A DNA stretch of 64,000 bases from Tubulanus polymorphus (taxonomy: Eukaryota > Animalia > Nemertea), in the NCBI RefSeq assembly GCF_964204645.1, contig NC_134027.1, forward strand, positions 27,304,560-27,368,559, given 5' to 3'. Below the pieces are notes generated by a model. That model saw only the letters and a list, made by a program, of their open reading frames with translations. It had not been told where the DNA came from and did not search any database. Positions within the stretch are counted from its first letter, which is position 1; the number at the start of each line of letters is the position of its first letter. Of this stretch, positions 49,981 to 62,178 are shown piece by piece. The position numbers and the translations under genes are program-made.

Positions 49981-52900
49981 TGTGGTTCAATATCATCAGT
50001 CATTAATTCCGTTTTGATATCTATTTTCTCTGTTGCAGTTTTTCCATTCGAAATTGTATCGTGTTTTGAATCTTCACGATGTGTTTTGCAATGTTCCTAG
50101 AAAAACAAGAAACATGTAAATTAGTTGAGAATCATTCTACTAAGGCGAAGGTCATGGGCCGAGTTTGACAGAGATATCAAATTCAAGATAAACTATATTG
50201 ATGAAGGAATTGAATCGATTTAAGAGTCAACCCCTTTGTGAAAGTGGACCCTCGAGTTCAATATAGAACCACAGAAATGAAATTTATTAGTTTTCAACAA
50301 GTTGTAACTCAAAACCGTGGAACTGGATCCGGCGTCGTAACCAGTTTTAATACAAGATCAAAATTTGAATCTAATTCTAACCAACAACCGTGAAACTGTG
50401 AAACTGTGGAACTAGATCCGGCGCAAAAAAATCAGAATCCAGTTTCACATCGTGAGATGAGAATTCGAAATCAAGTAGAGTCGTGTGGAGATTACACCTG
50501 ACAAACCGTTACCTGTAATTGTTTAGCTGTACTGTAATAAAGCTCACACTGAGTACATTTGAATCTTTTTGAAGGTGAAGTGGAGCTGCTCGGGTATTTT
50601 TTATGGAATAACATATGTGACGTCAGAGCTGCCGAATTTGTATAACCACGACTACATATTGTACACCGGAACGGTTTACCATTGTCGTGGGATTTCAAAT
50701 GAATCTTTAAATGATCGCTTCTGAAAAAAAGAACATTTCATTACGATTAATATTTAGGTTTATAGCTTCTAAGTTTTCTATTAATTCTTATTTTTGCAGG
50801 AATCAATCTTAAGCATGGACCCTCCTGCCCTCAGCCTGCGCCCTGCACCCTCCTGACCTCAGCCTGCACCCTGCACCCTGGGACCCTGCACCCTGCTGCC
50901 CTCAGCCTGCACCCTGCACCCAGTCCTGGAATTGGGTCATTATACCTTACTACGCTTAAACCACGTGTGGTGGCAACATCAGAGACTAAGGTTTTCTTGG
51001 TGAACCTGGACCCGGTGCCCCACCCTCAGCCCGAGGCCTATCCTGCACTTCCGATGCTTTGTCACGTTTGTGTTTGATCGTCCACACCTATCACTCATAA
51101 ACAACCAGACATTTCATCCACACCCTTTTAAACCCTGATCGTACACACTTCACTCGTTTTTAGAACGTCACCAGAGACATTTTTAATTGGAAATGAATTA
51201 CAAACTTCAGACATTTGACATTTTATTAGCACACTTTCAAAAACTGATCGCCCACACAAAATCAGCACGTTTGATGGGGGGTGGATCGGGGCTGCTGGTT
51301 GATACCTGGACAAATCAAACTGATCCAGGCACCAAAATCGACGCAGCGGTGCCGCAGATTCACAGGATGCAGATTTTGACATTCGCTCGCATAAGATTAC
51401 AGAGCACACACACACACACATTGAGAACCAGCAGGAAAAACATGATAATAAATCCAACCAAGAGAATAGGGTACTCTATCACGAACCAGCCAAATTGTGA
51501 GATCAGTTATACTCAATGAGCCTATCCATAACTCTACAAGTCAACGTGACTTACTAGAATATGGTGAATGTGTAAGAAATACATGCTTGACGCAACACTT
51601 GACGAGGGTGCAAATTACTCAAACATCGCCTAGAATGATCCATTCAGAAATAACGTCGCTTTCGAGGAGCCAAACGATCTTACCAATTAGCACAGTAGTG
51701 ACAAGGTGAAATCACTAACTAACACACTAACACTCGGCTACTGCACACTACTGCAGCATCGTTAATGCGACACTAGTCAGTCAGTCTGAGTCGTGTCCCC
51801 TAACCCCCCCCCCCCCCCACCCCTAGTGTCACCCGACCCGACCCCTAGTGTCAACTCACAGATACCCCTGAAGGCGTATTGTACTGGACAAGGCACGATG
51901 ATGAGGACATATCGTTACATCCAGTGAGCACAACAGAGGAACCATTTCTGGATCCAGGCTCGCGACGGAAGCCCGACAGAATGACATGTCCCTCGATAGC
52001 TAACAGCTTCGAGACGCAGAGGGCCCTCTCCTGGCTTGATGGAGCCCTGGAGTGACATACCCCCAACGTAGTGAACGGCACCCGACTGGATGTCTATTCG
52101 ATAAAGAAACATCCCGTGAAACAACAGTAAAACTTACCCCCTAGTTATAGAGCGTCTAAATCAGCGTCTAATACTAAATTATCCTCGGGATAATATCGAT
52201 GATATACGAAATATCAAAAAACACACATTCCAAACCCAATCAACGGACGAATCACAATTTAATGAAATAGCACTTTATAATGTGGCGGTTATAAAGCGGC
52301 GACAGATGGAAATGGCAGCAGAATTCAGCTTCAGACAGCATTTAAAAACTATCAGTTAAAATTGGGGTAATGAAACACCGCGTTCGAGTGGGCTATCTAA
52401 CAATTTTGACGGGAAAGTCATTGTTGAAACGATCCAAAAAGAGCTAGTTGACTCAGAATAAACAAGTAATACGGTTAACAGGATAGATTATGGTCAACGA
52501 CTCTACCATAGTATGTCAGCTATTGTAGTATTGTATTCGAGGTTAAGGAGCAATTTGTTACAAACAGTATTGCATCTCAGGAACAATTACTCTCGGGTCA
52601 TCGATAAAACATATCAGAAAAAAATTCAAAATTTAACCGTGCATCCCGCATAGGGGTCATTTCATTAAACTCATCGGGAATGATTTTACATTCCGAAACG
52701 GGCCCTGATGTTGCAGCTGATGGTGTCAAATGTTTATACCGTGTTACTAAATAAATAAAATTCAAAACTCATTTCAAGTATAGTATTTCAGCCACTACAG
52801 GGTGAAGGTCACCCTCGCTTACCTGGCGAATGCCGAGTCACATTTTGTACATTTATGTTTTTTATCGCCGGTATGCAATTTCACGTGTCGATCACGACTT

Positions 52901-54175
52901 CGCTTGTGACGAAATAACCGATTGCAGTAGTTACATTTAAACGGTAACAAATCGGAATGAACCTAAAAATTAGAGAAACAAATAGTAGTTAAACTGTCTC
53001 ATTAAATCATCAACATCATCATGTTTTTAGAATTGAGGTTTTTAAGATTTTTATACCTGTAAAAAGTAAAAAAAAAACCCGCTGTAATAAACGTAGATTT
53101 CAAACGTAGATTTCTCTAGTGATCGCAGTGATCACAGTGATCGTTGTGATTGTGTGATCGTAGTGATTAGTGATCGTGGTGATCATGCAATTGTAACGAT
53201 TTTAGTGATTGTAATGATTGTGCACTGCCAGCCTTTTTGATAAGGTAAGAAATATATTGAATATTTAAACAATGAAGTCACTTTGAATGGATGTGTTCCA
53301 CGATTGATGAGTTTAAGTTTAAAAATTGAAAACATCATTGACGCCACAGCGTTTCGGCAGTTTATCACGTCGAGTTAGTGTGTTTGATTATCTCGCAAAT
53401 GAACATAGTTTGATATGTAAATGGTTTTATAACACTATTCAATATTCAATATCTGACCAGATTGTTTTTAAATATGTCATTCAAGTTGCCACATGTTTCT
53501 ATTGTACAGCGGGATTACTTAATAGAATGTGATGCGAATAATAACAAAATATGAATGAAATTATAAATAATTTGAAGCCTAAAAAATGTAAAATGAACTA
53601 TAAACTGGAATCAGTTCAACATTTCTCGCTTTAGTTTCGACCTAGTGTTAAGATTAGTTCATTTTCAATGTTTTAACTTGTGAATCTAATAAGAAATAGT
53701 TGATGATATAAAATTTAATACTTAAAATGAAACAAATAGCGTCCGAAATGAGCTGATAGTTTATTTACCGTTTTGACTATATCCCGATAGTTATCTTCAG
53801 CCGAATACTGAATTCCAATAGTATTTCTGAAGATGACTATTAGGATATAGTCAAAACATTGAATAAACTATACCATAGATCGAGGAAACATCTCTTTTTC
53901 ATTCCTGGGGCGCATGGATGTTATATCATCGATGGGTTACGAAATAGTTGATAAAGATAGAGTCAAACTTACTTGCTCGTGTTTTTTGAGATGGCTCAGT
54001 CTAGTAAAAGCTTTCTGACAGAATTGACACGAATAAGGATGAGATTCATTGGTTCCTATCGAGTAGGGAATATCAGCGTCTATTGAAGCGTAGTCGGATT
54101 GTGTGTGTATATCAGCGGATAGTGGACTACAAGAACGAGATCCTTCATCTAAAATCTGTGAATCCTGACCATCTC
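44538..54175 (-). CDS. ZNF423: Multi-C2H2 zinc finger transcription factor, ZNF423/ZNF521 (Oaz) ortholog; 5' exon(s) not identified
   Basis: Exons 54175-53973, 52962-52823, 50720-50513, 50096-46772, 46269-46145, 45148/45145-45025, 44689-44538. Diagnostic segments: [65 protein letters not shown]; [44 protein letters not shown]; [16 protein letters not shown]; [12 protein letters not shown]. Confidence 0.92.
46403..46680. repeat. ~110-bp tandem repeat (~2.5 copies) in a ZNF423 intron
   Basis: Repeated gtgtgctgataaaatg..tctggcg..gtagttcattttcga..gtgaagtgtggacgatcagt. Confidence 0.85.
53757..53870. mobile_element. Inverted pair of degenerate hammerhead-like motifs (Penelope-like remnant)
   Basis: + strand: CTGAAGA-T-GACTAT-taggat-ATAGTC-AAAACATT, with TATTT/GAATA as stem I. 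A mirror copy lies on the - strand at 53757-53806. Confidence 0.5.
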
Positions 54176-54267
54176 CTATTCATACAGAAATGAAAATACA
54201 TTTTCATTATCAGTTTCAAACATAAATATAATTGGTTTCCATTTTCAAGTGACTGTCTGAAATTTAA

Positions 54268-54427
54268 TTGAAGAAAAACTGAGAGAGTAGTGACGTTTAG
54301 AATCGATTCTACGAGCCATTTTCAAAACTGAAATTTTGAATATCATGTTTTAAAAATGGCTCATAGAATCGAAATGTCACTGTATGTATTCTTAGTCATT
54401 CTTCATAATTTGTCAGTTTTTCTTCAA
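54268..54427. mobile_element. Foldback/MITE-like long inverted repeat
   Basis: Outer ttgaagaaaaactga / tcagtttttcttcaa; inner cgattctacgagccattttcaaaac / gttttaaaaatggctcatagaatcg. Confidence 0.6.
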
Positions 54428-57400
54428 ATATATATTCTTTATTTTAGTGAATATGATTTCAGGTTTTACTGTGGATTTAGAGGATAAAACGAATAAGTTC
54501 GTTACGAGTTACGCAAGGTATCGAAGTCCTAATAGTTTAATTAATTCATTTTCAAATATTCTACGAGTCAAATGCTTATTGACAACACTGTGTAACCGGG
54601 TCCAAGAGCCCAGTACCAACTTGACCCTGGTTTCACGCAGATCAATGAAGATTTGTTTAATATTCAACATCATAATAACGAGAGTGGTTTAAAGTTTTTG
54701 AAAAATTTCAAAAACTATTCATATATGGAATATACTATTGACAATAGACATATCACGCGCACTGAGGGCACAGTTCTGTATATAGAACCGTCATGTGTTC
54801 ATACAATATTCTAAGTACTCGTGTGAAGTCCATCCTCTTTTCTATCAACAATGTTTTCTAATATCTCTTGATAAACAGCTGAAATATATCCGTCCAGCTG
54901 TTGAATAGAACTCTTCATTTCAAAGAGAATATGCAGCGAATTTTTTTTTTGTCTAGTAAGGCCAGGGATTTGTTTTGGTTGTTTTACGCATTTTCTAAAT
55001 GCAGGTGTATAATGCATTAGGTCCCAGGGATAGGTTCGATTTCACATGTTCAGCGTACTCTACGTTTATTGAAAATGCTGGAGTTTTTTCATTATTTTTT
55101 TCCTCAGATTTCAGATCTCATTGACCGCAGGAACGATTGGAGAATATAGAAAATATGATTATTTCATTTTTCTCAATTTCTAAAAAGAATAGTGTCGGTT
55201 GATCCGTAAAACAATGAAATAAAAAAGCCTGGCCTAAACACGGGTTATTTGAGTAGGATGGTTTAACAGGTGATCAGAAGATCAACTGTCAATTTGACAA
55301 CTTGACTTTACAACTTAATTTACATCAGAATCATCAATTACCCACATATGAAACACACATATCTGGTATGATAGAAGTTTTTCCGCTGATAAATTCGACT
55401 CATTTCAAGGAGAAAATATAAATTTAGTTAAACTTATATCTAATTTATGAACATCTTCAGAACGACACATTTTAAACCAAATATTCAACCATACGTTCAT
55501 ACAGGACAGAGGTAGAATGTTCAAATAATGGAGATAATAATCTCGATAAAACACTGTTCGTGTTATAAGAATATAAAAACAAAAATCAAACAATTTGAAA
55601 ATAAGCATGAGTGAGAAAGGTTGTGGATTGTATATAATTCACAATTTAGCTGTTACTTTAAACTGAAGATTATTATTAACGTCTACCAATAAACTAACAG
55701 CTGAAGTCATCAGAATGAAGATCATATCGAATATAAACTACAGAAAGGAGACATTTCGTACTAATCTTTTTCATATCATCGGATTTGTTTCCGTATGGAG
55801 ATTTCATTTTGAACAGTCTCAGGAATATGTATAGCTATGCAGTTTTTAGGGTGAGGGATAGCTGATAGAAGCATGCCCTTATAGTAGAGCGATCAGCATA
55901 CCAGTGAAATCTGTATCGCCACCACAAGTAGCACTTTCATCACTCCAGTAATGTAGTTTCGAATAGCAAAAGGCTCGCAGACATTTTTTCAATGAATCTA
56001 AATGGAATCATTTAATGACAAACGCAAAAATCTCTATCAGTCAAGAACGGTACTTCATCCGGGGTAAGTTTGACACAGCGCGTCAGAGGCAGAGTGAACG
56101 GTTCTGTATTAAGTGTTGCAGATACTCGAGTATATAACCAGTCAGGGGTGGCCTTACTAACCAGTCTCTCCTACTTGAAACTACGTGAATAGTCTTCAAA
56201 TAGATCGCGCGTATCACGATTTTGAAAAGTTTACTCTTTCAAGTTAAATAAGAGATTTTCAAGAGCATTTCGAAAGACAAACATCGCGAAACTCGTGTCT
56301 CGATTCACAATGATATCAGTGCATTTGAAAGTAGCACTTTGTAATGAAGAGCGCTACTAAAACAGTTCAACTCATCTCTTACACCACCGTCATCGTTTAA
56401 CATCAATTTGTTGACGGAATTTAAAAAAAAAACGGTTTAAACTTAAAACAGGAAATATGAAATAAAACTCGGTCGAAGATGTTAAATTGAAGTTTCAAAG
56501 TTTTTAAAGTTTAAACCGCAAAATCGATGACCACAGAAAAATATATTTTATCTTAAAGTGATTTAGATTCAGCAGTTTTGTCGAAATTCTAGGAAAATCG
56601 TATATTATTCCACCGCTGTCAGAATTGCTTGAAAGGGATTAATTAAGTCGAAACGACGAATACATATTTAGCTCAAGGAAACATTTTAGACTATTTTTCA
56701 TTTATTTTACATCGTGAGATTTAATTTTATCGTTAAAACACGGATTCAGAGTATTTCATCGAGTTTAAACAAGCCCCCTCCCCATTTTTGGTGTAACAAA
56801 TGTTTGTACAAAAAATAAAGACTGTACAACTCGATAAACAGCATAGTAAACCATGAAATACAGAAGATGGTTTTTACATTATGCGTGGATTACACAGTGG
56901 ACATCGATAGCAGTATCCACTGTGGAATAGTTTGTGATTGAGGCTGGAGAGAAAACTATTTAATGGTCCGACTGTCTTCTATACCGACTGATCAGTAACT
57001 ATCGTCCCATGATAACTGACAGCCAATTTAGAGCACAAGTTTTATCCGATAACCCAACAACGGTTTGGTTGAAATGAACCCGAACACATATGGCGACCGG
57101 GGGATTTCAGTAATTATACAAACACATTCTGGGTGTCTTCTTTAGATAAGTGTGAAGAGTTCGATGATGATTTTCTTCAACTTGGCGCTAAATCGTTGGT
57201 CAAACTATAAAGTAATTATTACTGCCGGGAAAATCAGGGTCTGAGAAATTCGTTTCGGCTAAATTTTGACATTTAAATTATATTCGTAAAACCCCAGCAG
57301 AGCGATCCGAGTTTCTGCGGTGGCGTTTGATGATTTACATTCGGTCACTTTGGGCTTTTGAAGTTTGCTCATTAATTTCACTTGTCAAAACATTCAAAGA

Positions 57401-58756
57401 TACATTTTTCGTTGCTAGTTTTGAAAGATGTTTCACGCACGACACAAAGTAACGAGTAGGTAAAACCTCTAGTGAGAATACAACTTGTTTGCCAGTGATG
57501 AGAAGTCACACTAATACTACAGGGACCTCATTTTTCAAAGGCCGTGCAGGGTTACAAGAGATGTTAACGAACTGTACAAAATGAGAAACTGCCATCAGAT
57601 CCCGAGAGAATGAATCTAACTTGGGAGTGTCGTCTCATACAAAGGGTTAGATCTAGAAAACCGATTCTCTCCGGGGACGCTTACAGCCACAGACCAGTGC
57701 CAAAGAATAAACGGTCTTATATTATTTGAATGCCTTTCGTAGTTCAATAACTAAAACTGATCGAGTGCAGCAGCAGCATCAGCAGCAGACGACAAGCTAG
57801 TGGTGAGTGCGAGATGAACATCAGTCTCGCCTCAACATTCTATATTCAATTCCTCATCATAATTCATCATCACCCGCTATTGTAACACAGTTTACCACTA
57901 TTCTAACAGTTATTTATCTGATTTACACCTCGGCTTGACATCGAACTCACAGGAAAAAAAAACGAATTACATGAATCAGTATAAGAATTAGAAATCGTGA
58001 TGATATTGATTTGTTTTTATTTAAGTGAATCAGGAACATTCTCCAAACAATCGGGCAAGGTAGCTCGACCCTCCCCCACCCGTGTCTCGGACACAGCTTG
58101 CACGTCTTATCCTGTTTCGTGTATCATTCTTATCTATTCGAAAAACTTTATTCGTCTTAACGTTTATAGGTTTATGAGCTTCGACAGATCCGATTGTCAT
58201 AATAGTTATGTGAGAATAGTATCAATGTTTTTGTGACATTGTGGTAGTTTTTCACCAATGTGTTTGAGGTAAGGGGTTTATTTACTATAACAGCGATATC
58301 TCTCGTCGTGTAGTTGGCATTTTTTCTGATATTATAAGATTCAGTTCCCCGGTGAGCAGTTCCTTATGTTACATTACAATTGCAGATTTCAGTCCTGGGT
58401 CGGGGATGAACATCCAGTATTCATAGAATGAATTTATTCCCTCTAGAGCAATCACCTGAGACACAAAATTTTCTCCATAAAATAAGAAGAAAAACTAGAT
58501 ATCCCGCTACAGCGCGTACTAGAAAAAAATTCATAACGCATTATAAAAAATATCGGTTGTCATTTTCCAGGAACGACTGCAAAATGCACTACAGCGCCCG
58601 GTCGTATACAATCGTGACTCAAGTACAAAAGTGGTCTTAAATCTTAAAACTATATTCTTCTCAAGTTATTAGATTGTATATATATAAAACTGAAACAGCT
58701 TACCTCACTGGAGGGTCCCGGGTTCGAGGTGAGGCTAAGGTTATCGGTGATAATAA

Positions 58757-58921
58757 AGTAAAACCCACAATATAATGAAAAAACTCGATGATAATTTGAC
58801 GTATCAGCCCAATTCTATATGAGCCGTTTACAAAAACTGTTTTCGAAAATTGCCCATATTGAATTGGGCCGAAACGTCAAATTCTCACAGAGTTTTTTTC
58901 ATTTAATTGTGGATTTTTACT
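58757..58921. mobile_element. Long imperfect palindrome of the same GAAACGTC / ATTGTGG repeat family
   Basis: agtaaaacccacaat..atttgacgtatcagcccaattc pairs with gaattgggccgaaacgtcaaat..attgtggatttttact. Confidence 0.6.
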
Positions 58922-61900
58922 TGATTTATATCAGACAGTCACTTGCTGTCCATAGAAACCATTATGAATGAAAGTTTCAGGTAAATTCATGGAATTTTTT
59001 TCGACAGTTTTGTCGAGATGATAATCGTTTAAGTCAAGAAAACAAAACTTTCCTCGGGGTGAAATCAATTAGATAAAATACTATCGCATATATTCAGTGG
59101 TGAGTAGAAAGATGATGGATTCAGATAGTGAAGGTATGACAGCGCGAGTCTGGTGTCGGTGACCTACTTCACATGGGACTCGAGGAGCTTGGCAAAACTT
59201 CTTGACCAAGAAAACTACGAACTGAAGTATTCAATCATAGAGGGAGACGATGATCTCCTTCACGAGATACGAGATACTGTATCACAGTTAGCTTTAATTA
59301 ATTATTGAGATAACTCGTTTATTTTACATCGATTCTATGAATGAAATTTTTGAGATCGAAAAAATAGTAACTCAACATAAAACTCCCTTAATTCTGATAA
59401 CATTTAGTAGCATTTACTTATGATTATTCTGAATAAACTTTTGAATTTCTTATTCTATGTCTCTAAATATCATGAATTCTAAAAAGCAGGATTCAGTTTC
59501 ACGAAAAAGTGTAAGCCAAAATCGGTTAAGTTTAAACTGTTGTCCTCATTGAAAACATGAAGTGACCAAAATAGCAATTAAACCAAAATTTGAGTTAGAT
59601 CTCTTTGATGAAACTCGGCCCAGCACCAGTTATCATTTTCAAGATGTTCAATGACTATTTTGCGCAACTTTGAAAACGTTCCTATAACAGTGCTATATCT
59701 CATCTTTAACTATGATTTATTCCCGAACTTTTAGGATATGATAAAAACATCGAACGAATCTGAGCACGAGGAAAGATTTCTCTTTTATAATTTCGTACGT
59801 CACGAACTCACTCGTCAGAGTGTTTCATCATTAATGGTTTATATAGAGATAGGAACCTGGTGGCTGTAGCTCTCAGTCAGTGCGTCGTGCTACAGTCAGG
59901 AGGAAGTCAGGCCGTTGCAGTTCTATTATGATTCAAACAGCGGTTGGTCGCCAGAAAGGAAGTGGAAAATATCTCCAGCAGAGAAGGCCCCCGACCGCTG
60001 CATTATTCCCGAACCGCATACATCATACACATGAATATTTTTGCTGACGTGTTAGGGGGTGGATAGATTGGAACCCCTGTGAATATAGATTATTGTGAAA
60101 TACTTCCAACAGATACAACTCGGCGGTATAGGATTCCACGTGATTAGATATTTTCATATCGATATATTATCAAATATAGAGAAATCATTTTTGTAAAATT
60201 TCGTGAAAATCCTAGAATTCATAAGCTGTATTCACAGTTAGCCTAAAGGTTAATTCTATAACAAAAACTGAGTTTAGATTCAATAGAACAGAAAGAAATA
60301 AAGAATTTCATTTATTTGAAAATGTATTATTCGAATCTGTATAATTGAGAATTAACTATTGGAGGGATTTCATTATCTTCGAACGATTCAATTTCATTCT
60401 TAAACCTACAGTTTAATTATATCAGAAAAATAACTACACGAGGCTTTTCAATGTAGCTCTGTTTTAGATATAGAATTTAGCATTGAGTATTAATGATTTT
60501 TATAAGTTTGACGACAGACTCTAACGCGAAAAATGACGTGTCTCTCAAATTCTTTTAATTTCAATCCTTTAATAGATTACGCTTTTTAAAATCCGTAAAA
60601 TAAGTTGCGAGTTTTCATAGAGTTAATAGTTTTGAGATTGAAAGTAATATACACGCAATGTATCAGATTTGCATACGTACAACACTAGGCCAACTCGGTA
60701 TATACCGTCGTGGTGATGGTGGTGATGGTGGCCCACATCAGTCGTATTCTCATCACACATTCACTTGCTGTTGGATGGAAATCCCATGGATCTTCCACTG
60801 CGGATAATTTTAGTCCCAAAGACTAAAGAGCAAGGCTATACATAAAAACTTCTATTGGCCAAATGATGTTTGGAAATAAAGTCGATCCACATCAACGTGA
60901 ATCTCACGGGAAGAATAATACTTTTTCTAATCAATATTAATGGTGCAGGACCGAGTTAGTATTCCGTGGTGGGCCTCCTATATCTCACTGGGGCATTGTA
61001 TATGTTGGTGATTCATATATAGCCGGTTACTCCTGAGAGCGGCGCAACTGATTTAAAGGTAGAAATATGGAGAGAAGTTAATTACGTCCCCTTTCCTTGG
61101 GGGATCCGGAAAGAAGAAATGATTACCCGAATGGCTTATTGCATTGGCCGCCATGCGTAACTTTGGTGTTTTCAGCTATGACGGCGGGGTTCCTACGCTA
61201 CCATGGATTCCGTTAAGCCTCAGCCAATCAAAAACAACATCCAGATTGTAACGCGAAGAAATCAAATATCCTGCAGAATCCGCGGGGATTCGGTGCGCCG
61301 CTCAGCACATGCTGAAATTATAAAACCTCGCCGGGTATCACGGGGATCGCATTATGTAAAGTATCGGCCCGACTTTTGCAAGACACCTCATTTCGACTTA
61401 TTCTTTCGCATGCACCGCGTGAGTCTCAGTTCGTTTCTTGATCGACAATTAGTCCCTAGGAGCATATTAGGCCTGGCATTGGTTCATTACAGGCAGGATG
61501 CGGTGGTGAACCAACCTCTACGGAATTGGACACACGGGGTTCTACATAATTACTAGATCCAACCCGAGCACCTGGTACATAACACTATTTTACTGTTGTG
61601 ACGCCAGACTAACAATGAACTGCTTTCTACACGGTTTTTATTGAGACCCTATGGGAACGTGGAGAGACGAGTCCATGCGCTCGCTGGGTTTCACATGGGC
61701 ATCAAAATTGTCTTGCTTTCGGCCATATTGTATCGATTCAGTTCATTGAATCGATATCCAACTGTTTAAATGTCTGGCAAAACCAGACTTTCTCACCACC
61801 TCGAGATAAACTAGTAAAATCTTGCACTAAGCAAAGTCTGGTGGCGGAGAGAAAAAACAAACAAACTAAGTTTCCTAAAGTTGAGAAAAGTTAGAGAATT

Positions 61901-61924
61901 CAAACTGATCGCGTGAGATGTGTC

Positions 61925-62178
61925 CGCGTGGACGGACAGGGTGACGTGGTCCCGCGTAGACGGACAGGGCGGTGTGGTCCCGTGTAGACGGACAGAGCGG
62001 CGTGGTCCCGTGTAGACGGACAGGGCGGTGTGGTCCCGTGTAGACGGACAGAGCGGCGTGGTCCCGTGTAGACGATCAGGGCAGCGTGGTCCCGCGTAGA
62101 CGGACAGGGCGGCGTGGTCCCGTGTAGACGATCAGGGCAGCGTGGTCCCGTGTAGACGGACAGGGCGGTGTGGTCCGG
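61925..62178. repeat. 28-bp GC-rich minisatellite (gtggtcccgtgtagacggacagggcggc)
   Basis: About 9 copies. Confidence 0.93.

Noticed and set aside
51128-52124. Several 70-110 aa ORFs in a ZNF423 intron
   Set aside because: No recognisable domain or exon-phase fit; possibly TE-derived but unsupported.
59780-59826. Minus-strand CTGACGA..GAAA hammerhead with intact core
   Set aside because: Stem II has mismatches, and I cannot form stem I or III convincingly.
60850-60910. Minus-strand peptide DVDRLYF resembling a non-LTR retrotransposon motif
   Set aside because: Only a few residues, flanked by a stop, with no other RT motifs nearby.
55020-61105. EBF/COE-like sites (tcccaggga at about 55022, tcccatgga at about 60782)
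   Set aside because: They do not match the TCCCNNGGGA spacing or sequence; expected by chance.
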